Notes: generated by a model not told the origin, from the letters alone. DNA of 64,000 nt from Cladosporium halotolerans (GCF_011745625.1 NW_027191455.1:496001-560000), one strand, 5' to 3'. Counted from the first letter of the stretch, positions 1-12,847 are shown. Numbers and translations: made by a program.

Positions 1-951
1 CGGGTTGAATTTGAGATGCAACGAAAGCGAGATTGATATCATTGCAATTAGAGCGACACGACACGGTATTTTAAACATAACGATATAGATTCTTTGGCAA
101 CATGATGGCAGCACGATCAGTGGTATTGCGAATACAGAGCTTCCTCATCCCGATTGTCAGCGTCTCGAGAAAAAAAAAAAAGTCACATGACGTACTACCA
201 TCAGCGCCCGACCCAGGGAGCAGCAAAGATCCAGGGAGATAGTGGGAAATGAACTGAACATTACAGCACATGAAATCACTGTTTCCCACTACCAATGAGT
301 GTCTACAGCTACGATGTTGTGGATCTACTACTGTTTGCAGAAGCCTGCTCTCCAGCTCTCGGCCTTGGAATTCAGCGCCCTACGAGACTCGGTTTTGATT
401 GTTTCCGCAATCGATTCGACGAGCGGAATATAGGTTCCTCGCACTTAATAGCCGATTAAGACTCTCTACGACGCGAGATTGCGGGCGGGGAGGGTGTGAC
501 TTCGACCTCATTGTCGCTAGTAAGATCGATGATGGTCGCGGGCGAAGAGAGGGGAGTCGCCTCCGTGGTCGAAGTGCTACCACTAACGCTTGAATCGTCG
601 GTAGTAGCATGAGTAGCCTATAGCTTGCGGAAAGCGTGAAGATTGAGTCTCGTAACGCGGTGAACAATTCCGAGGCTAGGCTGGGCAATAGGCTTCTGCA
701 AACAGTAGGAGCGGAGACAGTGCCAGGACTTTCTCCAACAACCCTTGCCACAGCAACAAGAAAACAAGCTGGGGTAAACAAAGGGTGAAACGCTCCAGCA
801 GGCATTGCCGGTCAATAACATAAAACTAATAATTACATCATTCATTCATCGAAGTTATCGTAATAACAGTTGCTACGATTCTCGAGTCTATCATTCGAAG
901 ATAGTCAAACACGCGCATGCGGCGTCAAGCAGCCGATGACATGTCCTGAGC

Positions 952-2661
952 ATGGACGCTCAGCATTCCATCTTCTCGCCCTCCACGTGCTTCACGGTGG
1001 CCTGTGTCGCATTTTCATTCCTCGCAGTCTCCAGCGTCTGGAAGGGTGCGGCCAAAGAACCTGAAGTCAAAGATTCACGCCCGCGCCACCGAAGAAGAGT
1101 AGCGGTCGACAGTCTCTACGCAGACGCGTCAAGTTCGAGCAATGGCGAGCCGGAATCACCTTTGACTGTCCTGGCAGAGCTCATCAGCTCCAGCGCGAAG
1201 CTCTCTGGTAGACTTCGCAATGGCGGGTCCGACTATGAGACCACAGCCCTTCTAAGCGAGCTGTCGCTCCTCACCGCAAACCTATGCCAGCTACAGGCTG
1301 CGGTATGCAACAATGTTGGGGCTATTGCCCCCGGCACGGGCGCTGGAGCTTGCTTTACGGCGTCGGCAAGCTCCTTGAACGCAACATTGAGACTGATTTC
1401 AGGCCGGTCAGCCCAAGAATCTACGGCAGAAAAGTCCGATGTTCTTCGCAACGGCCTGGAGCAACTACAAGCGCAAAAGCCTGCTCTGGAGTTCCTACTG
1501 AGCACCTTGAATACCTCCGGACTGCCTCCAACCCCACCCTCTGAGCAGAGCAAAGATGATTTCTTGAAACCGGCAGAAGCGGACATGCTCGGCTCCATAC
1601 CGACAGGCATGACACCGGGAACTGAGGCCAGGGAGTGGATGGAACCACCTCCAGAGTACAGTCCTCCCTCCAGCTCCAGCACGGTAGTCTTGGCGGAAAA
1701 AGTGAAGGAGAAGAAAGACGTCGCAGAAGAGGCGAGCTCGCAGCCTCAGGTCGAGAATGGCGAGGGAGACGTCAATGGTGAAGCATTGTACCAGGCAGTC
1801 ACGGAGGACGACGCGCAAATCCTGTCCGATCTTCTGGAGGCGGGTCTTACTGCGAATGAAGCGTTTGGAGAGTTGCAACGTACGCCTTTGCATCAGGCTG
1901 CGCATCTAAATTTCTGCGCGTGCCTTGCGATACTCTTGCGGCACGGCGCAGACATGGGCGCGGAAGACTCGAAAGGCGACACACCACTGCATCTAGCAGC
2001 ATGGGCTGGCAATGTGGAGGCACTCTCCTCCCTTCTTACTCACGGCGCAGACGTAGATTGGCTGAGTGGCCGGGATGGCTATAGCCCGTTGTGGTGCGCA
2101 ATCAGTGCGAACCACATCGATGCAGCCCGTCTCTTGCTCAAACATGGTGCGCGTGTGAGCCTCCGCTCTGGTAGTGGACTCATGCCCTTGCACCAAGCAG
2201 CTGTGACAGGCCAGAGCGCCATGTGCGAGCTTCTCCTTGATCGTGGCGCTCAGGTCGACGCCAGAGACGACGACGAGAACACCGCTTTGCATTACGCCGC
2301 TGCTTCTGGATCAAAGTCGTCGGTGAAAGTCCTTCTGCAAGCAGGTGCTGCAGTAGATGCGCAACAAGCCCAGGGGTTGACACCAGTCCATTGGACGGCT
2401 CACAAGGGCCATGTCGATGCGCTCGGACTGCTACTGAACTACGGCGCACCGTCTAACGCTGCCGCGGAAGATGGTGCTACGCCACTCCATCTTGCGGCAA
2501 ACAGGGGGCATCTTGCTGCAGTGAGGCTTCTCCTTGAGAATGGCGTGAAGAGAGACATTGTTGCAATTTGGGATGGCATGGAAGGCACAGCCGCTGAAAT
2601 GGCCAGGGCCAAGAAGCACGCGAGGATAGCGAGGACCATCCAGGCTTGGGGAACAAGCTAA
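952..2661 (+). CDS. Ankyrin-repeat protein (569 aa) with N-terminal hydrophobic segment, helical domain and PPxY motif
   Basis: Intronless ORF. The C-terminal half has about 8 ankyrin repeats (RTPLHQAA, GDTPLHLAAWAG, GYSPLWCAI, MPLHQAA, NTALHYAA, GLTPVHWTA, GATPLHLAA). Hydrophobic N-terminal stretch CFTVACVAFSFLAVSSVW. Confidence 0.9.
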   Translation: MDAQHSIFSPSTCFTVACVAFSFLAVSSVWKGAAKEPEVKDSRPRHRRRVAVDSLYADASSSSNGEPESPLTVLAELISSSAKLSGRLRNGGSDYETTALLSELSLLTANLCQLQAAVCNNVGAIAPGTGAGACFTASASSLNATLRLISGRSAQESTAEKSDVLRNGLEQLQAQKPALEFLLSTLNTSGLPPTPPSEQSKDDFLKPAEADMLGSIPTGMTPGTEAREWMEPPPEYSPPSSSSTVVLAEKVKEKKDVAEEASSQPQVENGEGDVNGEALYQAVTEDDAQILSDLLEAGLTANEAFGELQRTPLHQAAHLNFCACLAILLRHGADMGAEDSKGDTPLHLAAWAGNVEALSSLLTHGADVDWLSGRDGYSPLWCAISANHIDAARLLLKHGARVSLRSGSGLMPLHQAAVTGQSAMCELLLDRGAQVDARDDDENTALHYAAASGSKSSVKVLLQAGAAVDAQQAQGLTPVHWTAHKGHVDALGLLLNYGAPSNAAAEDGATPLHLAANRGHLAAVRLLLENGVKRDIVAIWDGMEGTAAEMARAKKHARIARTIQAWGTS

Positions 2662-2819
2662 GCAATTTTCTTTTCTCTATTCCTTTGATTTTTTGTCTAT
2701 GTACAGGGCGTTGAATCCATCAAGGGAGACCTGGTATGGGGATATATCCTTGGGCAGGAAGAAATCTTGATTCTATACCAATCTTCTTAGTCATCTATTA
2801 ACGAAATGCTAATCGTCTA

Positions 2820-4036
2820 TTATGCAGATGTCATGCTTTCTGTCTTTTCAATTCGTTCAACAATGATTCTCTTGAACTCATCCCTAATTTCCACGGGCCC
2901 GACGTGTCCCAAACCCTCGTGGAAAGACTTGGTCACACCGCTTTGCTCGCCTCCAAGGCCTTGGAGAAGCATCTCTCCATGGACGAATTCGACCATGTGA
3001 TCGGCAGTACCATGGAAGACCAGGATACGCTCGCGGCCTACCAAGTCGCCTAATTGCTTCAGCTGGGCATCGCTCTTATGATGGAAGCCTGCAGCATATA
3101 GTTGACAAAGGAAGCCCGTACGAGTGAATGCACCAGGTGTTGATCGCTTGTGGATCTCTGCTGCTGCGAAACGATCACCATTCGTCGGGAAAGCCTGAAC
3201 TGTAGACTCCGTTTCGTCGGGCCTGGCCAGCCAAGCGGCGGAGTAGCAATCGTTTTTGACTTTTGCGATCTGCTCGTCTAGGGCCTTGGGCATCATCAGG
3301 TTGATGCGGTTGCGGATGTTCTCAAGGTAAGGCTTGGTTCGAACAATGCGCGGGGCGGTCGAAATGAGGTTGAGACTGCATATCCGGTTTGGAATGAGCA
3401 TTCCCTGTGCCCCAGCTGTCAGTGGTCGCCGCGCCATGAGATGAGAGTGAAACATACGAGCTCTTGTGCAATCATGCCACCCATAGACACGCCGACGACA
3501 TGAACGCTGCGATCCTCTGTCCAGCCAACGTGATCTAGGAGCTCCACAAGGTCCTTGGCCATCTCCGACGTGGTATATCGGAGGAGCGGCTTCCCGCTCT
3601 CGCCCATGCCCCTGTTGTCGCAAACAAGCGCCGTGTACTTGTCAGCCTCGGTATGGCCGAAGTCTTTTGTTTGGCGCTGCCACGTCTTCATGAAGCCACC
3701 AAGGCCCATGATCCACTAAGACAGTGTTCGGATTAGTGAGCCGCAACATATTTCATTTTTACTATGTTGCTGAAGTGGCTGCGCTAGGCTAACCTAGGCG
3801 ACTTACGATAATCTTCCGAGGACCATGGCCATGGATCTCATAAGCTAAGTTCAGAGGACCGCCTCGCCCGGTTGCCACGTTGATCGATTCTTTGTTTGTT
3901 GGCTTCAAGTCCCAGTAGACGTGAGGATATTCTGGATGGGACTGTATCTCGGCTGCCGTAAGAGGGCTAATCACTCCGTCAGTAGCTTGTTACAATTTCG
4001 CATTATGCGCGCAAATTTGATACCAACATACGCCAT
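2820..4036 (-). CDS. Alpha/beta hydrolase (~335 aa, 4 exons)
   Basis: Exons 4036-4032, 3966-3807, 3715-3458 and 3404-2820, joined by GT-AG introns. Product MAPLTAAEIQSHPEY...WIMGLGG...DNRGMGES...GVSMGG (nucleophile elbow)...HGTADHMV...GLGHVG (catalytic Asp/His). Confidence 0.88.
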
Positions 4037-5036
4037 GTCGACTGATATTGGCGAACCCTATACCAAGGGTGGCAACCAAAGTTTACTGGACAAAGGCTTA
4101 GGCAGTGCTGGAAGGCCTGTACTCGCCGATAGAAGATCTCGACTAGTACTCGTGATATACAGGTATTGGCTCAAGGTAGACTTGCTTTTGTTGTTACTGT
4201 GTCAGCTGATGGTGGTCGTGGTCACCAGATTTTCGAGAGGCGCCCTCGCTTCCACTGGTGAGGTCACGGGCCGGGTTTCCAGCCCGCATTCATCCGGTCT
4301 GGCCTGAGCGCAATCCTCACCATCGTATAAGCCATCTCCCGCAACCATCATCTCTTAGCATGCTCACGCATTTTCGGGCCATACTCGATGTAAGTTGACA
4401 ACTTGAGCTGAGGACCTCGGTCCGAAGAATCCTGCAGCGCCGCCGCGCCAAATCCAGGGGGAAATCGCGAATCTACGTGAGACATGTCAGCTGCAAGAGG
4501 CGCGCTCGTGCCGCAGACTTCAGATACAAACATAACCAGAATGGAGACACAAAGAACCTCGACATTCTCCGGTATTTCAACATGAGACATTGCGTAGCCA
4601 CTTTGTGCCCGAGACGCACCAAAACGCCGCTGGCAACTCTCGTACCTGAATCGTGCGACTGTGGGCTACATGGCCATTCCTCAACAAACTCGTCGTACCG
4701 AGGCGAGCGAGTACATGGCACACATTAGTGCGCATGATCAAAGTTTCCTGAAGCTGAGATGCAGCGACGACTCTCCTTGTCCTTGTTGCCGAGATGGATC
4801 GAACGAGTGGTCACAGCAGCAGTCATGATCCCAGAATCCTAAAGGAGCTTTAACTCGAGAAGCTGAGATTGATGTATACCGTAAATGAGTTTCACACATC
4901 AAGCCATAGTGGTAGAGATCGGGCTAAAGGTTGGAGACTTGATGTTTAAGAGACCACTGCTTGCCTCGTTGGTTCTAATCACGGTCTCTCACCATCTCTA
5001 CAACCGCCGTTCGCTAGCCTTCGCCAACGCACAACA

Positions 5037-7000
5037 ATGCCGTCGCTTGCCCACATCATTCCTTTCATTTATGCTGCTGTGTTCTTCGGCCCGGCTACAT
5101 GCCAATCATCGGCCCCTCGTCCAATACCAGTGTGCATCCGCAGTGACACTAGAGATGCTGCAAAACTCGAGCAGTGCACGAATACTACCATCTTTGCAAT
5201 CAGGGCTGTAAGCAATGCCAGCGACGACTTTGAACAGGCATGCAACAGTATCGATTACAATCAAGCCGCCTCTCAAAACCTCGACCTCTATTTCCTCCGT
5301 TACCTGGTCTGCGGGCAATTCGCGGGCAATGGTGTGTTCTACGAGAATAGCGACGATCCAATTGCAGACCTGGCACTAGCAAGTGTTGCTCTTGAAATTG
5401 CCATGGAGGACTCTACCAATCCAGTTCTCCGGCGCATATGTCCGGAGCTCAACCTGCAAACCTTGTATGACTTCGGGCTGCCGGCCAGCCTGATCTACGA
5501 AGCCGCCTGTGGTGATGTGTATATCCCTTCACCACCTCAGTTTACATCCAAAACCTCGTCATCCGTCAGCTCTACTCCATTGAGCCAGCCGACCTCTTCG
5601 AGCACAACTTCAGAATCCTCCACTACCACTACGGCATATACGCTTAGTCCATACCCTACGGTGCCGCTCACGCCTCCTCCCAGCGGCTCTTCTACCACCT
5701 CTGCATCATCATCCACGTCCTGCACAACTACGAGTGCTTTAACGAGGCGCCAGATCGATACCAATGCCTCATACGACTACTGGATCAAGCTTCTGAAGAG
5801 TGCTGTGTTCGCACTCGACATGATTGAATCGAACGAAGACGACACCAGATGTGACGATGACAACTTCTGGATTGACGTCTTCGACAATTTAGGCTATGAT
5901 GGCGAATACGTCGAGCTTCTTGTGTAAGTCCATCCAAACATATCCAATATGCTTGGCTAACGATTTCAATCAGGTGTGCTTCTGCCGCGAACAACATTCT
6001 CTTCCCGCCGAGCACGCTCATCCAGGCCCGAGCGAGCCTCATAACTGCCATCTATGGCCTCATCTACGCGCAGACCAACACAAATGACTTGGCCCGCCAG
6101 ATTGCGTGCGACAATCTCAACTACGCCACACTGACACAGGCAAAACTCAATGCCGCGCAGATCACACAGCTTGTGTGTTACCCACCGGGAAGTTCCTCGA
6201 GCAGCACAGTTTCGCCTTCGACCAGTCCTACTTCTTCTTTGGACAGTCTCAGCTCTTCCTCAACCAGTACCGCCACCTCGACACCTTCTTCCTCTTCATC
6301 AGCCTCCTCTTCTTCCTCAGCGAGCTCTGATTCGCCCTCCACCTCCTCTTCCTCTGTTTCGTTGACCAGCTCGTCTTCCTCCACCAACACGTCTTCTCCC
6401 ACGTCGTTGACCGCCTCCACATCTTCCTCGACCTCTACAAACTCCACTTCTTCGTCGACCTCCGACATTTCTACGTCCTCCACATCTACTTCCAGTCTTT
6501 CCCTCAGCAGTCCCACCTCTTCGGCGAGCAGTCTGACATCCTCTTCGACGGTCTCGACTTCCTCTACCAGTCTAACGTCCTCTGACAGTTCGAGATCTTC
6601 CAGCAGCTCGACTTCATCGTCTACCAGTGAAATTTCTCCGTCAAGCAGCTCCACGTCTTCCACAAACAGCCTGACAAATTCATCCTCTGCTAGCTTGACA
6701 TCATCGTCTGACACCCCTACATCTTCAACAAGCTCGACCTCGTTTTCTGCCAGTTCAACACCTTCTACCACTTCGACCCTATCTTCCAGCAGCGACACCT
6801 CCTTGTCACCCAGCTCGACATCTGCGACGAGCAGCCCGACAACGTCAAGTACAACCAGTGGGTCTTTAAGCAAGACCACTTCATGTTCATACGGCTACAG
6901 CAATGGCAATAGCACAGACACCCAGTATAGCTGTGTCCCTACCACTCTGGACACCACAGTCTCCGCGCCTCAGACGCCGGCGCCCTATCGCAAGTTGTAA
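5037..7000 (+). CDS. Secreted protein with Cys-bracketed repeats and long Ser/Thr-rich (mucin-like) regions (~637 aa, 2 exons)
   Basis: Signal-peptide-like N-terminus MPSLAHIIPFIYAAVFFGPATCQ. Intron 5924-5973 (GTAAGT...GCTAAC...CAG) joins the 5037 ORF in frame with the 6089-7000 Ser/Thr-rich ORF. Confidence 0.8.
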
Positions 7001-8014
7001 GGGTGTCAACGTGTCCGTGGCCTTGTGATCAAGCAGTCGTCGCCGCCAATGTGAGAATCACTCTGAAGGCGACGGGCTATGACCCTCCTTTGTGGTCGAT
7101 TGGAATCCACCGCCTTCCTCGCTTCCATCGTTAGCTGCAGTTACCATTTTGTTGAAGCTCGAGAGTTTTGTTATGAAGCATTAGTCTGCAAGCCGTAGCG
7201 CTGCGAGTTGGTATTATTCGAGAGCACTCCGTACTAGCAACAGCCTATCCCTGCATCCTCGTAATACGTTCCATTTTGTACCACGTCGCATAAAGCCTGA
7301 GTCAGTCACTTGCCCGAGCGTGAACCAGGCCGTCTGCAAGGTGGGTCTCTAGGCGGCAGCGTCTTAGAAAGCGCGTAGGAAGTGCTTGGTTTACGCTTTA
7401 TTGAGGGCGAGCGTGCGACGTAGCAAGCTGTGAGCCTGTCGTCTTGTTACATTAGCTAGTGGACGAGACTTTGTCACCACTTCGCATATCGTAAGCATGT
7501 GGATGTCCTTTGTTTCCATCTCTCCGCGCCAGACACGCCAGGGTCCAGAAAACGGGTGATCGAAGCTCGCTAGCCTCGGGATCGGAGGGAAATTCATTCC
7601 GCTCCCGTCCTCGGCAGCAGCAGCAGTGCTTGGCACCAACGCAAGATGACGCGCAGCGAATGAGGGCTCTAGCCGCGAGGGTCGCATTGCCTTTCGCTGG
7701 GCCTGAGCAGGAGCCCGGGACCGAATGCGAGGTCTGGATTGTGTGATGACGGTGACTCCTGACCGCCGATTCTAGCCATTACTCCCTCCCATTCACGCTC
7801 GCGGACCGTACCTAGGTATAGCGTCGCTCCGCCGTTTCTCTCCATCTGGCTTGATACCGCTCGCAACTTGGGCAGCGAAGGAACTGGCTCCGGTGCCGTG
7901 CGTCCCGCGCAGTGGAGGACTGAAAAGGCGTAATAGTATCAACTCACCGGATCGCGAACATCCTACATAACTAGCCCAACGGCGGGCACACTATCCGGCT
8001 TCAACCGTTGCAAT

Positions 8015-10995
8015 ATGCAGAACACCCCGCCCATGTTTGGCGCTGGGATGCCCCAGGTGCCGCAAGAAATGCGCGGCGACTTCGGGCAAGGCGGACAGTG
8101 GTACCAGAACGAAGACTACGGCTACGACGATGGTGAGGGTGCCGCGGACGATGGCGATGGCAACACGCGCGATCCGAAGCGCCGGCGCATCGCCCGGGCT
8201 TGTGACATGTGCCGCAAGAAGAAGATCAAGTGCGACGGGAAGATGCCGAAATGCAGCCATTGCGAGAACTACAAGACAGAATGCGTCTTCACGCAGGTGG
8301 AGAAGAAGCGAGCGCCGCCGAAGGGAGCGAAGTACATCGAGGGACTGGAGAATAGGCTAGGACGGATGGAGAGCTTACTGCGACTCAGCGGACTGCTGGC
8401 TGAAGACGATGGAAGAACAGATCTCGGGACACTGGAGAAGAGGTTACAAGAGCGCAGTCAGAGTGCTGCGCGCAGTAATGCCACTAGTCCGCAGTCGCAG
8501 GCATCGCCCGCGGTGATGGGAGGAAAGGCTGTCAGCAGCCCAAACACAAGCACGCCTTTAAATCAATCAGTGACGAGCCCCGATGCAGCAAATGCAACTA
8601 CAGAGGACGCTTCTTCAAAAGACCCCAAATCCAAAGAAAACGTGGATGCTTTGGCAGACCAGATGTGCAGCCTGATCACAAACCAAGCCGGCGAGACACG
8701 GTATATTGGCAGTTCGTCCGGCTTTTCGATCTTCAGCCCCAAGGGTATACAATGGGTGAACACCAAGACCGGCGACAGCTCGTTTCAGCACATGATAGCA
8801 GCAGCCGCAGAAGACGGGAATAAGTTCGATCACTGGAAGCCGGAAGTCTTCGACGACTTGTTCAGCCGCCGGATCTTCAAGCCTCTTCCGGGCAAGCAAG
8901 AATGCTTCGCTCTCCTTAAGGATTTCTTCGAGAACTTCAATTTTATGTTTCCACTCTTCCATGAGCCCACGTTCATGCACCTGGTCGAAAAGCACTACTC
9001 CCTGGACCCTTACGAAGGAAGCGGGTGGTGGGCTTCTCTCAACGTGGCTTTGGCGATAGCACACAGACTGCGGGTGATGAGCAATGTCGTGGATTCGGAA
9101 GAAGACGATCACGCTTGGGGATACCTAAAAAATGCCATGGCTGTCATGACGGAACTGACCATGCGCAACACTGATCTTTTGTCCGTGCAAGCGCTGCTGG
9201 GTATGGCTCTTTTCCTGCAGGGCACTCCTAATCCGCAGCCTTCGTTCTTTCTGGTATCTGCTGCGATTCGCCTCAGCCATTCTATTGGCCTGCACAAACG
9301 AGGGTCTGGATTCAATCTCAACGATGTCGAAAACGAACAGCGCAAACGTGTCTTCTGGATAGCGTATCTGATGGACAAGGACATCTGCTTACGATCTGGC
9401 CGACCTCCAGCGCAGGACGACGATGATATGAATGTCGAGCTGCCATCTGAGGAGCCGCCAGACAACGTGGGCAACATACCTCTGGCGGCTGAGACTTCCG
9501 ATGGCAAGAAAACGATGAACCTTTTCCGGAAGCTGTGCACATTTGCACAGATACAGTCGCGTGTTTACAAGCAATTGTACAGTGTCAGAGCCGCTCGGCA
9601 GTCTGATGGCGAACTGTTGAACACCATCGGAGACCTCGACCAGGCGCTCGAGGATTGGAAGGATAGCATCCCCATCGATTTCAGGCCTGAACATGAGATC
9701 AAAGCAAGCAATACACCGCTGATCCTGCATGTTGTCGTTCTGCACTTTGCTTACTACAATTGTCTAACAACTATCCACCGGATGAGTGTACATCACGGTT
9801 ACTGGAGCAGCAGGCTTAGCGACTACGCTATTCAAGGGCTTAATGCGCGACCTTTGAACCCAAGGGTATTTATAAGCGCGGCTCTTTGCGTCAACGCGGC
9901 AAGGACAAGCATTGGTCTCATTCGATACATTCCCCAGGGAGACTATGCTTGCGTCTGGTAGGTTGATCCCGGCCATTCCTCGCGTCATTCGTGACCATCA
10001 CTGACTTCGTTAGGCTCATACTGTACTATCCGGTCTCATCGCTTGTGACTTTGTTCGCGAATATCTTACAGAATCCACATGATGCTCGCGCACGGAGCGA
10101 TCTCAAGCTCATGTCGTCTGTAGTCAGTTTCCTGGCCATGCTGGAGCGCGATGTTCAAGAGTCGAACGGCCAGGTCAACCGTATGCTCTCGGTGTGCGCC
10201 GAGTTCGAGCGCATTGCCAAGGTCGTGCTGGACAAAGCCGAGCGTGACATGAGAGGACGGGGCAAGAGAAAGCAGGCGGAACGTGAGATGGAAAAGGATC
10301 GCATGAACGGGGCAATCGCAGCAGAGCTCGAGCGTGGCAAGACGTTGGAGCAAATCCAGGTTGAGACGCAGGCGGCGTACCGTCGCCCGGTGCAGACGGA
10401 AAGTCTACGCGCGACGATGTCACAACCCGGCAGTGCTACCGCTGGCAGCCCAGCAAGTTGGAGTGGTAGTCAGGTGGGCTGCGGCGCATATACCGGTCCG
10501 GGACAACATCACTTGCAAGATCAATCGATGCGGCCGGCTCCCCCGCAGACCAGCAACGGACAGTGGAATCCAGCTCCATTTGCCATGCCCACGGCCAGCA
10601 ACAACACACCCAACATGCACGCCGCTTCGCAGCCTGGAGATATGGGTCAGGGCAATTTTCAGAACAGCTTCCAAACTCCGAACATGGATGATCCCCTAGC
10701 TGACTTCAACATGCCCAACAACAACAACAACGGGAACTTCACCTCACCTGACGTCAACGGCGGTAACGGCTTCGGTGCATCTTTCCAACAACCTTTCGTG
10801 CCACAAGATCTGTGGCAAATGCCAATGACGCTGGAATGGGACTGGGCAGAGGGGCTGGGTATGGGTAGTTTCACGCCGGGACCGATGTTCAACGACCAGG
10901 ACGCGTTTTTCGGGCAGACTGGTGTGGGCGGCATGTTCGCTGGTGGGCAGCAGCAAGGCAACAATCCCAACAATCACGGCCCAGGTCAAAACTAG
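8015..10995 (+). CDS. Zn(II)2Cys6 transcription factor with fungal middle homology region (ASG1/Mut3-like, ~974 aa)
   Basis: [29 protein letters not shown] binuclear cluster. MHR motifs [12 protein letters not shown] and [19 protein letters not shown]. Intron 9958-10013 (GTAGGT...CTGAC...TAG) restores ACVWLILYYP. The start codon is uncertain and an upstream exon is possible. Confidence 0.92.
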
Positions 10996-11713
10996 AATTG
11001 GTAGTGGATGGGATAGAGGGTCATCTGGTAATCATCACGACTGTCACGATGCGAATGATTGATTTCGAAGGGCGTTCTGGAGAAGACAATGGCTGGGCTG
11101 AGCACGGAACAGAATCGGACGGTCGCTTGGTGAAGCGCTAGACAATATGTACGATATACAACATCTCAACCCACAGGCGCACCGCTGCACCCGCCGCCTC
11201 ACCACGAACGCGCGCATGCCGCTCCCACGTTCACATGCGAGGGACGGCGTGCCGTCGACGCTGTGGAGCCGGGCAGCAGCGGAGCGGGCGCATCCGCCCC
11301 ACACCTGAAATCCAAAGCTCGCGCCGGTGCACCCTGCCGCTTCAATTGACTGGAACACCGCCTACCACTCTGCACCTCCCCACCTCGCGCTCTCTCCTCC
11401 CTCCCTCCCATCCTCTCCCTCTCCTCACCACCACCGCCCGTCCATGCCCTCGCGTCCGCCGTAACCTCCTCCACCACACCCCACGCCCACACCTCCGCAC
11501 CCCTCCGCCCCGTCGCCACGACACCCGCCGCGCCTCTCCACCTCCGTGAGTCCCTGCCCCACTTCCCCAACAGCTGCGCGCGCGCCGTGACTGATTGATC
11601 TCGCGTAGCTCTACCGCCCACACCACCTCTTCTCCACCACCGCCGAGCTTCGCTCAGCCGTCACTCCGCCACCCTACACCTACCCCTCCGCCTCGTCCTC
11701 CTACCCTCCGACC

Positions 11714-12847
11714 ATGTCTACCGAGGACATCCAATCCCCGCCCCTCGACGGCGGTGTTGACAACATCGCCGACCAGCTCGGCTCCCTCAACACCGACGAG
11801 CACCAGCACCCGCGCACCGAAGAGGAGTACAACCAGGCCCAGCTCACTCTGCGCGCTGTCGTCACCTCCAAGGAAGCCGGCGTCATCATTGGCAAGGCCG
11901 GCCAGAATGTCGCTGACCTGCGCGACAAGACTGGTGTCCGCGCCGGCGTTAGCAAGGTCGTCCCGGGCGTCCACGACCGCGTCTTGACTGTCACTGGTCC
12001 CCTCGCCTCTATCGCCGATGCGTATGGCCTCGTCGCGGACTGCCTTGTCAAGGGCGCACCGCAGATGGGCATGGGTGGTGTAGTCGCCAACCCCAACACC
12101 CACCGTAAGTTGAGATGACTTTAGTTCATTTTGTCAGGTTCAAGCTAATCTCCCGCAGCCGTTCGTCTCCTTATTTCGCACAACCAGATGGGCACTATCA
12201 TCGGCCGTCAGGGTGCCAAGATTAAGCAGATTCAGGACGGCTCTGGCGTCCGCATGGTCGCGCAGAAGGAAATGCTTCCTCAGTCGACCGAGCGCATCGT
12301 CGAAGTTCAGGGTACCCCGGAAGGTGTCCAGAAGGCTGTCTGGGAGATCGGCAAGTGCCTTGTCGATGACGAGCAGCGCGGTTACGGCACGATTCTCTAC
12401 AGCCCTTCGGTTCGCGTCCAGGGCAATGGCGTCGGAGGTTCTGCCAATGGCGCTGGCTACGGCGCTCCGCGCAGCTTCAACCGTACTGGCAACGGCGCCG
12501 ACTTCACTGCGACTTCGCCTCCTTCTTACAATGCGCGCCCGGACATGGGTGCTAGCGGCCTCGGATCGCCTACCGTCGAGGAGGGTGAGGATATCCAGAC
12601 TCAGAACATCTCGATCCCCGCCGATATGGTGGGCTGCATCATCGGTCGCGGCGGTAGCAAGATTAGCGAGATCCGCAAGTCTTCCGGCGCTCGCATCAGC
12701 ATTGCCAAGGCTCCGCACGACGACACCGGAGAGCGCATGTTCACCATCACTGGCGGACCGAGCGCGAACGAGAAGGCCCTGTACCTGCTCTACGAGAATC
12801 TTGAGGCAGAGAAGATGCGCCGTAGCCAGATCCCTGAGGCGGCCTAG
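11714..12847 (+). CDS. rnc1: Triple KH-domain RNA-binding protein (hnRNP K / Rnc1 / Hek2-like, ~359 aa)
   Basis: Three KH GxxG loops (GVIIGKAG, GTIIGRQG, GCIIGRGG). Intron 12105-12158 (GTAAGT...GCTAAT...CAG) gives HPVRLLISHNQMG. Confidence 0.9.

Noticed and set aside
952..4036. sesA/sesB-type NLR signalling pair (helical-ankyrin gene next to an alpha/beta hydrolase)
   Set aside because: The hydrolase looks like an ordinary conserved family (WIMGLGG/GVSMGG) rather than SesB-like (FVHGL/AHSLGG), and no amyloid motif or NACHT gene is visible.
4855..4900. CTGAGA...ATACCGT resembling the start of a TPP riboswitch
   Set aside because: It lacks the downstream GAAC(C/T)TGATC..GG.TAAT.CC.GCG core and is not in a thiamine-related gene.
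6178..6879. 233-aa Glu/Val-rich minus-strand ORF
   Set aside because: Antisense shadow of the Ser/Thr-rich codons of the plus-strand secreted protein.
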